A stretch of 64,000 nt of DNA from an uncultured Bacteroidota bacterium (GCA_942493265.1 OW818688.1:5266625-5330624), one strand, 5' to 3'; shown: positions 21,034 to 30,637, numbered from the stretch's first letter. A program made the numbers and translations. The notes: generated from the sequence alone by a model not told the origin.

Positions 21034-22448
21034 TGAACAGACGAAAGCAACTTCTGAAGTACCTGATTTCTGATTTCCTGTCAGCCGGATCCAGCTGGAC
21101 GCTCTTTTTTGTATTCCGGAAGATCTATATCGAAACCAAGAAATTCGGCTATCCGGTACCTATAGAATTTGACCACTCATTTTTCCAGGGTTTGGCAATA
21201 CTCCCGCTGGCCTGGATCCTGTTCTATTTTATCACCGGTTACTACAAGGAAGTTTTCCGCAAATCCCGTTTGAGCGAACTTGGGCAAACCATTGGCACAA
21301 CATTTATCGGGGTATTGATAATATTTTTCGTGCTGATCCTGGATGATACCGTAAAAACCTACACCAACTATTACCTGTCATTCCTGGTTTTATTCGGACT
21401 CCATTTTGTGTTGACTTACCTGCCCAGGGTTATTTTTACCACGATATCGGCACACCGTATACACAACCGGATCATCGGATTTCCCACTTTGCTGATCGGG
21501 TCAGATAAGCGGGCGGATGATTTGTTTATCAGCATGGCCAACCAGCCGCGATCCACCGGAAATAGTTTCATCGGATTTATCAGCGTGAGCAAATACGATA
21601 AATATCTGATGGAAAAGCATATCCCTCATCTGGGTACCCTGAAGGATCTTCAAAAAATCCTTGCCCAGCATCCCGTTGAAGAGGTAATCATCGCGATAGA
21701 GAGTTCCGAGCATGAATTGCTAAAAAAGATCATCAACCGGTTGGAATACAGAAAGGTTACCATCAAGGTTATCCCCGATATGTACGATATTCTTACGGGA
21801 ATGGTTAAAATGTCGTCGATTATCGGAACCCCGCTCATTCAGATCAGTCATGACCTCATGCCGGCATGGGAAGAGAACCTGAAGCGGATTATCGATGTGG
21901 TTGCCTCCTTTTTCATGCTGATCCTTTTATCGCCGGTTTATCTTTTCCTTGCTATCGGGGTAAAGCTGACCTCAAAAGGACCGGTGTTTTATTCGCATGA
22001 AAGGATCGGGCGGTATGGCAAGCCATTTACCATTTACAAATTCCGTTCGATGTGCAGCAACGCTGAAGTCAACGGTCCGGCCCTTTCGAGCAGCAATGAC
22101 GCAAGGATCACCAGCTTCGGGATGTTTATGCGTAAAATGAGGCTTGATGAGCTTCCGCAGTTTTACAACGTGCTGATCGGGGATATGTCGCTCGTTGGCC
22201 CCCGTCCTGAAAGGCAGCACTTTATCGACCAGATCATAAAAACGGCACCCCATTTTAACCACCTGCAGAAAGTGAGACCCGGTATTACCTCCTGGGGACA
22301 GGTTAAATTCGGTTATGCTTCCAATGTGGAGGAGATGATTGAACGGCTCAAATACGACATTCTGTACATTGAAAACATGTCGCTTCTTGTGGATCTTAAA
22401 ATCATGATCTATACTATCAAAACTATCCTTAATGCCAGCGGAAAGTAA
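21033..22448 (+). CDS. Polyprenyl-phosphate glycosylphosphotransferase (WcaJ/WbaP-type sugar transferase)
   Basis: Four to five TMs, CoA-binding-like middle region, C-terminal YKFRSM, RLDELPQF, SLVGPRP and VRPGITSWGQV. Confidence 0.92.
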   Translation: MNRRKQLLKYLISDFLSAGSSWTLFFVFRKIYIETKKFGYPVPIEFDHSFFQGLAILPLAWILFYFITGYYKEVFRKSRLSELGQTIGTTFIGVLIIFFVLILDDTVKTYTNYYLSFLVLFGLHFVLTYLPRVIFTTISAHRIHNRIIGFPTLLIGSDKRADDLFISMANQPRSTGNSFIGFISVSKYDKYLMEKHIPHLGTLKDLQKILAQHPVEEVIIAIESSEHELLKKIINRLEYRKVTIKVIPDMYDILTGMVKMSSIIGTPLIQISHDLMPAWEENLKRIIDVVASFFMLILLSPVYLFLAIGVKLTSKGPVFYSHERIGRYGKPFTIYKFRSMCSNAEVNGPALSSSNDARITSFGMFMRKMRLDELPQFYNVLIGDMSLVGPRPERQHFIDQIIKTAPHFNHLQKVRPGITSWGQVKFGYASNVEEMIERLKYDILYIENMSLLVDLKIMIYTIKTILNASGK

Positions 22449-22459
22449 AAGTCGGAACC

Positions 22460-23119
22460 ATGGAAACAAAAAAGAAATTTGCCGTTATTCTGGCCGGTTG
22501 CGGTAACCGGGACGGCGCAGAGATTCATGAATCAGTGATGACTTTGTATGCCATTGCCAAAACCGATTCAACTTATGAGGTTTTCGCTCCTGATATTAAC
22601 CAGCATCATGTGATCAACCATTACACCGGCGAAGTAACCGGCGAAACCCGGAATGTACTGGCGGAATCAGCCAGGATTGCACGCGGCAAGATCCGTCCAC
22701 TCAAGGAATTTAATGCGAAAGATTTTGATATTCTGATGTTTGCCGGAGGATTCGGGGTAGCGAAAAATCTTTGCACCTATGCATTCGCCGGTGCCGAATG
22801 CACGGTAAACCCCGAAGTTGAAAAAGCTGTAAAAGATATGCATGGTGCAGGCAAGCCGATTGGTGCGCTGTGTATTTCACCGGTCATACTGGCGAAGGTT
22901 CTCGAGGGAGTTACGGTTACCATGGGGCAGGACCCGTCGGCGATAAAAAACGTAAAGCAGATGGGCGCATCGCATGAGACTACAAATGCACGGGAGATCA
23001 TTACCGACCCTAAAAACAAAGTAGTGACCAGCCCTTGTTATATGTTGGATTCAGGCATCGTTGACATTGCCGAAGGTGCAATGAACACGGTGAACGCACT
23101 GATCGGGTTAGCGGACTGA
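22460..23119 (+). CDS. elbB: ElbB-type DJ-1/PfpI glyoxalase
   Basis: LAGCGNRDGAEIHE, ESARIARG, GGFGVAKNL, CISP and VTSPCYM motifs. Confidence 0.88.
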   Translation: METKKKFAVILAGCGNRDGAEIHESVMTLYAIAKTDSTYEVFAPDINQHHVINHYTGEVTGETRNVLAESARIARGKIRPLKEFNAKDFDILMFAGGFGVAKNLCTYAFAGAECTVNPEVEKAVKDMHGAGKPIGALCISPVILAKVLEGVTVTMGQDPSAIKNVKQMGASHETTNAREIITDPKNKVVTSPCYMLDSGIVDIAEGAMNTVNALIGLAD

Positions 23120-23120
23120 A

Positions 23121-23714
23121 TCAGATGTAGCCTTTTTCGATGTAGGTTACAATCTGCTCAATCACAGCATCCTCCCCTTTCGGGTCATATTCGGATTTAA
23201 GATTGGTGCCAAACAGACGGGCCATTCCCTGCCAGAAAAATGCGCTGACTGACCCGCGGTAGGAATCAATCCAGTAATAAGTGGAATTGGAAGTTTCACG
23301 GTCGACCAGCTTAAACAGGAGTTTACCCTGGGTAATGGTCATTTTACGAAGGTCGGCTTCATATTTTACCCAAAGTGAATCCTCCATGTTTTTAACCAGC
23401 TTTCTGCGCTCCTTATCGGTTTTTGCATGGGAGAGCTTAAGGTCGACTTCCGCTACAGTCGCTGCAACGATTTTAGAGTAGGGCAAAACCTTTTTGAGAT
23501 TATATACCAGCTTCCAGTATTGCTTTTCCTGGAATCGGTTCTTAAACACCTTTACAGGCAGTATCGGCACCTCCTTCAGGTCGATATGCGGTATGGTGTC
23601 ACCATTGATTATAACAGTTCTGAGAGCAGTATCCTGCCGGACCTTTGCAACCGCCTGGGCATTTAAAATTTCACCGGACAGGCAGAACAGAATCGTGAAT
23701 AAAATAAAACGCAT
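23121..23714 (-). CDS. DUF4294-family protein
   Basis: Signal peptide; KKVLPY, TITQGKLLFKLVDRET and FWQGMARLFG motifs typical of this Bacteroidota family. Confidence 0.7.
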   Translation of the reverse strand: MRFILFTILFCLSGEILNAQAVAKVRQDTALRTVIINGDTIPHIDLKEVPILPVKVFKNRFQEKQYWKLVYNLKKVLPYSKIVAATVAEVDLKLSHAKTDKERRKLVKNMEDSLWVKYEADLRKMTITQGKLLFKLVDRETSNSTYYWIDSYRGSVSAFFWQGMARLFGTNLKSEYDPKGEDAVIEQIVTYIEKGYI

Positions 23715-23757
23715 ACACCTTCCGGCAATTCCATTGCCTTTTTTTTACAAAGATAAA

Positions 23758-24957
23758 TCAGGAAACCGCCTCTTTAACCAATACGGCAGCTTCCTCAAGG
23801 GTAATGGCTGAAGAAACCTTGAGTCCCGACTGGTCGATGATAACCTTGGCTTCCACAGCATTGGTTCCCTGTAAACGTACAATTACCGGAACAGGAACCG
23901 TGCCGATAATGCGGTAAGCATCCACAACACCCTGAGCCACGCGGTCGCAACGCACAATTCCGCCAAAAATATTGATCAGGATAGCTTTAACATTCGGGTC
24001 CTTCAGGATGATCCGGAAGCCTGCTTCAACGGTTTGAGCACTGGCCGTGCCGCCCACATCCAGGAAATTGGCAGGCTGGCCGCCCGAAAGCTTGATCATA
24101 TCCATGGTTGCCATGGCCAATCCGGCTCCATTCACCATACAGCCAACATTACCGTCGAGTTTAATAAAGTTAAGATTGTATCCCGATGCTTCCACCTCAG
24201 TAGGGTCTTCCTCGTTCAAATCGCGCATGGCGGCATAATCCGGATGACGGAAAAGAGCATTTTCATCGAGATTGACCTTGGCATCTGCTGCCAGGATCAG
24301 GTCGTCGGATGTTTTAACCAGCGGGTTGATTTCCAAAAGCGATGCATCGGTTGCCAGATAAGCATTATACAGTGCCGTTACAAACCGTACCATATTTTTA
24401 TGTGCGGTACCGGTCAGTTTCAGGTTGAAGGCAATCTTTCGTGCCTGAAATGGCAGAATTCCAACACCCGGGTCAATTTCTTCCGTAAAAATCAGTTCCG
24501 GGGTATTGTGCGCTACTCCTTCAATATCCACACCACCCTCCGTGGAGTACATGACAATATTCTTGCCGGTTTTACGGTTAAGCAAAACGCTCATATAAAA
24601 TTCCTTAACTGAAGGTTTGCCATCAGCTCCGGGGTAATACATATCGCGCTGCACGAGCAGTTTTCTAACCAGTTTGCCTTCCGGACCAGTTTGCGGGGTC
24701 ACCAGGTTCATGCCCAGAATCCGGGTTGCCAATTCTTTCACCTGCTCAAGCGAGGAAGCAATCTTCACGCCGCCACCCTTGCCTCGACCACCGGCATGGA
24801 TCTGTGCCTTGATCACCCAGAATTTCGTACCGGTTTGGCTCTGAATTAATTGCGCGGCTTCCACAGCAGCTTCAGGCGTTTCAACCATGAGTCCTTCCGC
24901 AACCGGAACACCGTGTAACTGGAGCAGTTGCTTGGCCTGATATTCGTGAAGATTCAT
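23758..24957 (-). CDS. sucC: Succinyl-CoA synthetase beta subunit (ADP-forming)
   Basis: MNLHEYQAK, KAQIHAGGRGKGGG, GNVGCMVNGAGLAMAT, NFLDVGG and NIFGGIVRCD. Confidence 0.97.
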   Translation of the reverse strand: MNLHEYQAKQLLQLHGVPVAEGLMVETPEAAVEAAQLIQSQTGTKFWVIKAQIHAGGRGKGGGVKIASSLEQVKELATRILGMNLVTPQTGPEGKLVRKLLVQRDMYYPGADGKPSVKEFYMSVLLNRKTGKNIVMYSTEGGVDIEGVAHNTPELIFTEEIDPGVGILPFQARKIAFNLKLTGTAHKNMVRFVTALYNAYLATDASLLEINPLVKTSDDLILAADAKVNLDENALFRHPDYAAMRDLNEEDPTEVEASGYNLNFIKLDGNVGCMVNGAGLAMATMDMIKLSGGQPANFLDVGGTASAQTVEAGFRIILKDPNVKAILINIFGGIVRCDRVAQGVVDAYRIIGTVPVPVIVRLQGTNAVEAKVIIDQSGLKVSSAITLEEAAVLVKEAVS

Positions 24958-25059
24958 AAATGCTTGATTTTTCTGATTAAATAACTCTTAGCAGGCGTTA
25001 AAATTGCAACTTTTTTAAGTGAAACAAAAATCCTTTGCACAGGTTCAGCCCAATGCTGC

Positions 25060-25067
25060 TATTTTTG
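25060..25067 (+). promoter_or_regulatory. -7 promoter box (TATTTTTG)
   Basis: TAnnTTTG 13 bp upstream of the SpoU start. Confidence 0.55.
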
Positions 25068-25079
25068 CACAAAGTAATT

Positions 25080-25595
25080 ATGATGCGACAGCTCACAAAT
25101 GATGAACATGGCCGTCTCGACGTAGAAGGATTTAAGTCGGCCGACAAGAACCCGGTAATCGTTGTCCTCGACAATGTCCGAAGTCTGAATAATATAGGAT
25201 CCATCTTCCGTTCCTGTGATGCATTCCGGATCGAAAAGCTCATCCTGTGCGGCATCAGCACCCCACCCCCGCACCGCGATATCCATAAAAGCGCCCTTGG
25301 TGCGGAACTATCAGTTGACTGGCAATATTTCGAGAACACCGCCGATGCCATAACCGATCTCAAATCAAAAGGCTACCGGATATTTGCCATCGAGCAAACC
25401 ACCCATAGCATTCCGCTCAACGAATTCACCCTGTCGGCACCCGCAGCCATCATTTTCGGCCACGAAATCCACGGCGTATCCCCGGAAGTCCTCGCCCTTT
25501 GCGAAGCCGCCATCGAAATCCCCCAATACGGCACCAAGCACTCGCTCAATGTAGCTGTGAGCGTAGGGATCCTCCTCTACCAAATCACCCAATAA
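25080..25595 (+). CDS. SpoU/TrmH-family RNA methyltransferase
   Basis: VVLDNVRSLNNIGSIFRSCDAF, IFGHEIHG and IPQYGTKHSLNVAVS motifs. Confidence 0.9.
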   Translation: MMRQLTNDEHGRLDVEGFKSADKNPVIVVLDNVRSLNNIGSIFRSCDAFRIEKLILCGISTPPPHRDIHKSALGAELSVDWQYFENTADAITDLKSKGYRIFAIEQTTHSIPLNEFTLSAPAAIIFGHEIHGVSPEVLALCEAAIEIPQYGTKHSLNVAVSVGILLYQITQ

Positions 25596-25710
25596 TGTGC
25601 TAATGTGTTAATTTGCTAATGTGCTAATTTTAGAAAAGTTGCATGCCGTCATGCAATGGCGATTCTTCAATTAGCAAATTGACAAATTAACCCATTAGCA
25701 AATTGGCATA
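25593..25710. repeat. Inverted pair of 8-mer tandem arrays around a central palindrome
   Basis: Five TAATKTGC-like units (25593-25632), central TTGCATG-CCGT-CATGCAA (25639-25656), about five reverse-complement GCAAATTA-like units (25666-25710). Confidence 0.85.
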
Positions 25711-25746
25711 CCCACCAAAGCTTAATTTTTACTCGGATACAAACTT

Positions 25747-25762
25747 AACTAACTTCTTAGTT
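25747..25762. promoter_or_regulatory. Putative BlaI-family operator
   Basis: Perfect dyad AACTAA-CTTC-TTAGTT overlapping the expected -33 region of the blaI promoter. Confidence 0.6.
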
Positions 25763-25783
25763 GGATATTTAAGTTTCTCGTTG

Positions 25784-25791
25784 TACCTTTG
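25784..25791 (+). promoter_or_regulatory. -7 promoter box (TACCTTTG) for blaI
   Basis: TAnnTTTG 17 bp upstream of ATG 25808. Confidence 0.7.
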
Positions 25792-25807
25792 TTAAAAACG
25801 TAACAAC

Positions 25808-26179
25808 ATGCGCGATTTAACAAAAGCCGAGGAACAGATCATGCAGGTATTGTGGAACATACAGCCTGCATTCGTTAAGGACATCATTGCAGAGCTCCCG
25901 GTGCCCAAGCCTGCATACAGCACGGTTTCCACGATAGTAAGAATTCTCGAGTCGAAAGGGTTTATCGATCATGAAGCATTCGGGCCCACGCACCGGTACT
26001 TTGCACTGGTGAGCAAGGACGAATACTCACACTTTTCCATGAAAAAGATGCTCGAAAATTATTTTGACGGCAGCCTGAAGCAAATGGTTTCCTCCTTCAC
26101 CAACCGTGAAAACATCAATCTGAAGGAGATGGATGAAATTCTGAAAAAGCTAGAGCAAATCGAAAAACCAAAGCCATGA
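25808..26179 (+). CDS. BlaI/MecI/CopY-family transcriptional repressor
   Basis: LTKAEEQIMQVLW, YSTVSTIVRILESKGF and NYFDGSLKQMVS motifs. Confidence 0.92.
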   Translation: MRDLTKAEEQIMQVLWNIQPAFVKDIIAELPVPKPAYSTVSTIVRILESKGFIDHEAFGPTHRYFALVSKDEYSHFSMKKMLENYFDGSLKQMVSSFTNRENINLKEMDEILKKLEQIEKPKP

Positions 26180-27966
26180 ACCTGATTCAGAACATTATAC
26201 TAACCAACCTCTTTATCATACTGATCTATCTGGTATATAAGGCTGGGTATAGCCGCAACAGCTTCTTCAAGGCTAACCGGTTTTTTCTGCTTACCGGGTT
26301 AGCCACCGCAATGGTTTTGCCCTGGATCAGTCCGGTTCTGAACTTTCTCAGTCCGGTAAATGAAATTCAATGGCTGCCTGCCGCACCGATTGTCGCGGAT
26401 GAAACGCTCATCATGGCCGAAGGAACCCTGGTGGAGCCGGAGTATGTCGCCAGCCCCCTTCAGCTGGCATTAAGGGTATATATGGCGATGACTGCCATCA
26501 TTTGCCTCACGAGCATACTCCTTTGGATCAAACTGCTTATTTCAACCCGTAAAGCGCCTGTGCACCGGTATGGCCAGATGAAGGTAATCGTCATAAAAAG
26601 AAGCTGGACTGCATTCAGTTTTTTTCGCACCATATTCTATCCTCACCCTTTTGATCCGACGTTGCCCGAAACCAGGCTCATCCTTGAGCATGAGCTGGTT
26701 CACTCCAGGCAATTGCATACACTCGACAATCTTTTTTACGGAGTCGTTCGCCTCCTTTTCTTCTTCAATCCGTTCATTCATCTGCTGCATAAAGAATTAA
26801 TGATTACCCATGAATATCTGGCCGACCGATTGACCTCCGGCAATGACCGGCCGGGATATTCCCGCATATTGATCAGCCATCAGTTTAAAGTCCCCCATTT
26901 TCTATTGATGCATCCATTTAACAAACAATCATTTTTAAAAAGGAGACTTAACATGTTATCGAAAAGCACACAAAATCACCTGGCAGGTTGGAAATACCTG
27001 CTCGCACTGCCCTTACTCGGAGGTATGATCCTGGCCAGTTCCTGGACCGTCACAGCCCAGGATCAGGCAAAGAAAAGCAAGGAAGAAATTGCAAAAATGG
27101 CCGTAGAGAAGGAACTCACCAAGGCAGGATACTCAAAAGCGGAGATCGAGGAGATCAAGCTTCGCATTGATGGAATTCCTTATTCAAAGGAAGTGTTAGG
27201 TAAACCTACACCACCCAAAGAACCATTAAAAGGTAAAATGGAAGGTACAAACCAGCAGGTTTTCCTTATTGTTGAAGATATGCCAACCTTTCAGGGCGGG
27301 ACCGTGGAGAATTTCAGGAACTGGGTTCAGAAAAACGTTAAGTACCCGGCTGAGGCAAAAGCCAAAAAGATCTCCGGTACGGAATATGTCTCCTTTGTGG
27401 TTGACACCATGGGCAAAGTCAGCAATATTACTATTGTCAGAAGCTCCAGCCCGATCCTCGACGAAGAGGTAATACGGGTAATGAAATCAGCTCCCGACTG
27501 GAACCCAGGCAAGCAGAGGGGACAGCCGGTTAATGTATCCTTCTCGATTCCTGTTAAATTTATGCTGGATAAAACGCCAGCCAAAAAGGTAGATGGAAAG
27601 TCAGAAACTAAAAAGGCGAATCCGGTAAAACCGGACGAAGCGGAAAAACAGGTTTTCCTGATCACGGAAGAGATGCCTGAATTCCAGGGTGGAACCCTTG
27701 ATAAATTCCGGAACTGGGCTCAGGCAAATGTTAAATACCCGGCAAAAGCCATGGAGAACAGTATATCGGGAACCGTGGAAGTTGGTTTCATTGTGAACCG
27801 GGACGGAAAGGTTGAGGATGTTCATATCGTAAAAAGCGTTGATCCTGTTCTGGATGATGCGGTTATCAATGTAGTTAAGTCATCGCCCGACTGGACTCCA
27901 GGTAAGCAGCGGGGAAAAGTGGTTAAAGTCTCCCAAAACATGCCCATAAAATTCATCCTTCAGTAG
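26176..27966 (+). CDS. M56 (BlaR1-like) peptidase fused to two TonB C-terminal domains
   Basis: HELVH...HEYLAD M56 motifs; two copies of E-x-MP-x-FQGG...VKYP...F-x-V...G-x-V...SPDW-x-PGKQRG. Confidence 0.88.
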   Translation: MNLIQNIILTNLFIILIYLVYKAGYSRNSFFKANRFFLLTGLATAMVLPWISPVLNFLSPVNEIQWLPAAPIVADETLIMAEGTLVEPEYVASPLQLALRVYMAMTAIICLTSILLWIKLLISTRKAPVHRYGQMKVIVIKRSWTAFSFFRTIFYPHPFDPTLPETRLILEHELVHSRQLHTLDNLFYGVVRLLFFFNPFIHLLHKELMITHEYLADRLTSGNDRPGYSRILISHQFKVPHFLLMHPFNKQSFLKRRLNMLSKSTQNHLAGWKYLLALPLLGGMILASSWTVTAQDQAKKSKEEIAKMAVEKELTKAGYSKAEIEEIKLRIDGIPYSKEVLGKPTPPKEPLKGKMEGTNQQVFLIVEDMPTFQGGTVENFRNWVQKNVKYPAEAKAKKISGTEYVSFVVDTMGKVSNITIVRSSSPILDEEVIRVMKSAPDWNPGKQRGQPVNVSFSIPVKFMLDKTPAKKVDGKSETKKANPVKPDEAEKQVFLITEEMPEFQGGTLDKFRNWAQANVKYPAKAMENSISGTVEVGFIVNRDGKVEDVHIVKSVDPVLDDAVINVVKSSPDWTPGKQRGKVVKVSQNMPIKFILQ

Positions 27967-27981
27967 CCACATTCCCAACGC

Positions 27982-28007
27982 GTCACTTGTCACTCGTCAC
28001 TTGTCAC
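27982..28007. repeat. 7-mer tandem array GTCACTY x3.7
   Basis: GTCACTT GTCACTC GTCACTT GTCAC between the stop codon and the terminator. Confidence 0.8.
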
Positions 28008-28008
28008 C

Positions 28009-28048
28009 AAAAAAAAGAGCCGCTTCGTAAGAAGCAGCTCTTTTTTTT
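28009..28048. terminator. Bidirectional intrinsic terminator
   Basis: A8-GAGC-C-GCTTC-GTAA-GAAGC-A-GCTC-T8. Confidence 0.88.
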
Positions 28049-28061
28049 ATCTGGTGAATGA

Positions 28062-29786
28062 CTATTTCACGATTCCCTGGAATTTTGCATCAGCAAAGAA
28101 TTTACTGAATTCAAGATCAGTTTTAGCCATCTGTTTCAGATCAGCCTGGGCAGCAACTGCAGCCTCGAGTGATTTGAACATGTTGGCACTCTGTCCCTGA
28201 CGTGCATAAACAACTGCCCTAAGGTAGTTGGTCATGGCATTGGGATCAGTAATACAATCCAGAGTTTTCAGGGCTTTTGCATAGTCCTTGTTCAGGGTTT
28301 GAGCCAAAGCTGCGTTGAACAAACAGGAAGCACCGAAGTTGGTAACAGCCTGACTGTAATTGCCATTCTTCACATTTACGATACCCATGTTGTGGTCAAC
28401 CTGGCTTCCGGCACCTGCAGCACTGCGGAATAAACCTTCAGCTTTTGCGAAATCACCTTCTGAAAGGGCAATAACACCAAGGTTATTCAGAACGATCGGG
28501 TCATTAGCTTTCAGACTGTTGGCTTTTTCGAAAGCAGTTTTACCTGTTTTCATATCGCCAAGCTGAACGGCTGTCATTCCGTAATCATTCCAGGTGCGGT
28601 AATCGGAAGAGAATTTTTCAGTTGCAGCTTTATAGATGCTGTTCTGAACTTTAACATCTTTGGTTAGAGTAGCTGCATAGAGAGCTTCTTCAACGTTAAG
28701 ATCGGCCGGTGTGCTGGTAGCGATTTTCAGTAATTCCGCATCGGATTTCCCGATAACGTCAACATTTACTGAGAATTTCGAACGACGCAAAGCCGGTAAA
28801 ATCTGATCGGCCAATTCAGTGAAAGCAGCAGAGATATTACGAATTTCCTTTTCACGTGTTTCAGGATCATTATACATCGACAAAACACGTAAAATCAGAT
28901 CTTTATCCTGAATTTTTGATTTGGCAACCATTTCCTTGAAACCTTCCCAGTCTTCAGCGGTGGACATGAGTTTAAAGAATTCACCCTGGTCAGCCTTTGA
29001 AACCTTCATGGTTTCAAGTTCTTTTTTGAAGAATGAAGATGCGGTTTTCGAGCGTTCCTTTGCAAGTTTCTCGTTCAGGCCCAGTTCACCGTCAGGTGAT
29101 GCATAAGCAGAAACATCAATTCCTTTGATATTGTAATTCGACTTTGAATTGGCAGCCTTAACTTTTTCTTTCAGTGCGGTAACGTCCTCTGATTTCATTT
29201 CGGTTTTTTTAACCTCAGCTTTATTGATATCATAGTTGATATCAGCCTGATAAGTTTCCGGAACAATTCTCTGGAATTTATCAGCAGCCACAACCACTTC
29301 ACCTGCCTGATTGGCAAGCAGTACCGGAGTGGAAATAACGCCATCGGCAACTTTCACCGGCTCGAATGAAACTTTTTTCAGTTTCATGGAAGCATCAACT
29401 TTAACCACCAGTTCGGATTGACGCATGTCCTTGGTGTAAGGAACGGTGCCTTCGTAAGTTACCTTACCACCTGAAGAATAGTTAACTACTTTGTTGTTGG
29501 CGGTAACCTTTTCACCCTGCAGGGTCAGCGGCTTGAATTCAACGTCCCCTGAAGGAGTTTTTAAAACCGGAGTTGCAACTACAACGGCCTTCTTGTTAAA
29601 GAATTTTTCAGGATAGCTTGCTACGAGTGTCAACCCAACGTTGCCACCATGCAATTCCAAAATCTCGGGTTTTACTTCATACTTAATCCCTGATGCGGAT
29701 TTCTTCATCTTGTTAAGCCCGCTGCAGCCCGAAAAGAGGGCTATGACTGCAACAGCCATCAAAATACTGAGGTTGAATTTCTTCAT
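28062..29786 (-). CDS. Lipoprotein with OmpA-like domain and C-terminal TPR repeats
   Basis: Lipobox FSGC; AYASPDGELGLNEKLAKERS (OmpA-like); TPR helices (WNDYG, LNNLG, NMG). Confidence 0.75.
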   Translation of the reverse strand: MKKFNLSILMAVAVIALFSGCSGLNKMKKSASGIKYEVKPEILELHGGNVGLTLVASYPEKFFNKKAVVVATPVLKTPSGDVEFKPLTLQGEKVTANNKVVNYSSGGKVTYEGTVPYTKDMRQSELVVKVDASMKLKKVSFEPVKVADGVISTPVLLANQAGEVVVAADKFQRIVPETYQADINYDINKAEVKKTEMKSEDVTALKEKVKAANSKSNYNIKGIDVSAYASPDGELGLNEKLAKERSKTASSFFKKELETMKVSKADQGEFFKLMSTAEDWEGFKEMVAKSKIQDKDLILRVLSMYNDPETREKEIRNISAAFTELADQILPALRRSKFSVNVDVIGKSDAELLKIATSTPADLNVEEALYAATLTKDVKVQNSIYKAATEKFSSDYRTWNDYGMTAVQLGDMKTGKTAFEKANSLKANDPIVLNNLGVIALSEGDFAKAEGLFRSAAGAGSQVDHNMGIVNVKNGNYSQAVTNFGASCLFNAALAQTLNKDYAKALKTLDCITDPNAMTNYLRAVVYARQGQSANMFKSLEAAVAAQADLKQMAKTDLEFSKFFADAKFQGIVK

Positions 29787-29829
29787 AACTACCGGTTTTA
29801 TGTTTGTTATTTCGTTTTTCAATGTACGA

Positions 29830-29837
29830 CAAAAATA
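29830..29837 (-). promoter_or_regulatory. -7 promoter box (TATTTTTG)
   Basis: TAnnTTTG 44 bp upstream of ATG 29786. Confidence 0.55.
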
Positions 29838-29899
29838 TAAATCTTTTGGAGATCAATGTAAAAAAACCAATGCATCCTTGAAAATGTTCCCCATACACT

Positions 29900-30571
29900 T
29901 TACACTTCCTGATGCAGAAAAGCTCTTGACAAACCCGGAGGATATTCCTGCCCGAATATGGTATTCAAAAGGTTATGATAATCCTTCTCATTATTCACAA
30001 AATCGATTTCCCGGGTATCAACAACCAGTATTCGCATAGAAGGTTCCTGGCGGAAGAAATCAAAATACCCGGTTTGAATTTTCTTCAGATATTCTGCAGT
30101 AATGGCCGACTCATATTCGCGACCCCGGTTCCAGATATTGATCAGAAGATTATCGGGATCCTGATGCAGATATACATACAGGTCGGGCTTCGGCAGCGAT
30201 GAATACATGATATGAAAAAGCTGCGCATAGAGCTTGTATTCATCGCCGGTCAGGGTATTCCCTGCAAAAATCAGCGATTTCATAAAATAATAGTCGGCCA
30301 CGATGAACGGGGCAAAAATATCGGGATCGATAAGTTCCTTTTTCAACTGGGTATAGCGGTCGGCCAGGAATGACATTTCCAGTGGAAACGCAAAACGATC
30401 CTGATCCTGGTAAAACTTTGGAAGGAACGGATTGTCTGCAAATCTCTCCAGAATCAGGTGGCTGTTATAATCGGTGCTGATCCGGGTAGCCAGTGAAGTT
30501 TTCCCTGCACCGATATTTCCTTCGATGATAACCAGCCGGTAATTGCATGGATATATTTGATTCATTTCCAT
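29900..30571 (-). CDS. Deoxynucleoside kinase
   Basis: IEGNIGAGKTS P-loop, NPFLPKFYQD, KPDLYVYL and RGREYE. Confidence 0.9.
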   Translation of the reverse strand: MEMNQIYPCNYRLVIIEGNIGAGKTSLATRISTDYNSHLILERFADNPFLPKFYQDQDRFAFPLEMSFLADRYTQLKKELIDPDIFAPFIVADYYFMKSLIFAGNTLTGDEYKLYAQLFHIMYSSLPKPDLYVYLHQDPDNLLINIWNRGREYESAITAEYLKKIQTGYFDFFRQEPSMRILVVDTREIDFVNNEKDYHNLLNTIFGQEYPPGLSRAFLHQEV

Positions 30572-30584
30572 TGCCTAAAAATAG

Positions 30585-30610
30585 AAAATCCCCGCGATTG
30601 CGGGGATTTT
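30585..30610 (-). terminator. Intrinsic terminator after pnp
   Basis: AAAATCCCCGC-GATT-GCGGGGATTTT. Confidence 0.85.
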
Positions 30611-30637
30611 CCTGAGCGTATCTTATTAACCGATCTA

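Noticed and set aside
23758-24957. sucC without sucD, and gcvP without gcvT/H, as signs of gene loss
   Set aside because: These genes are commonly unlinked in Bacteroidota, and one window cannot show absence.
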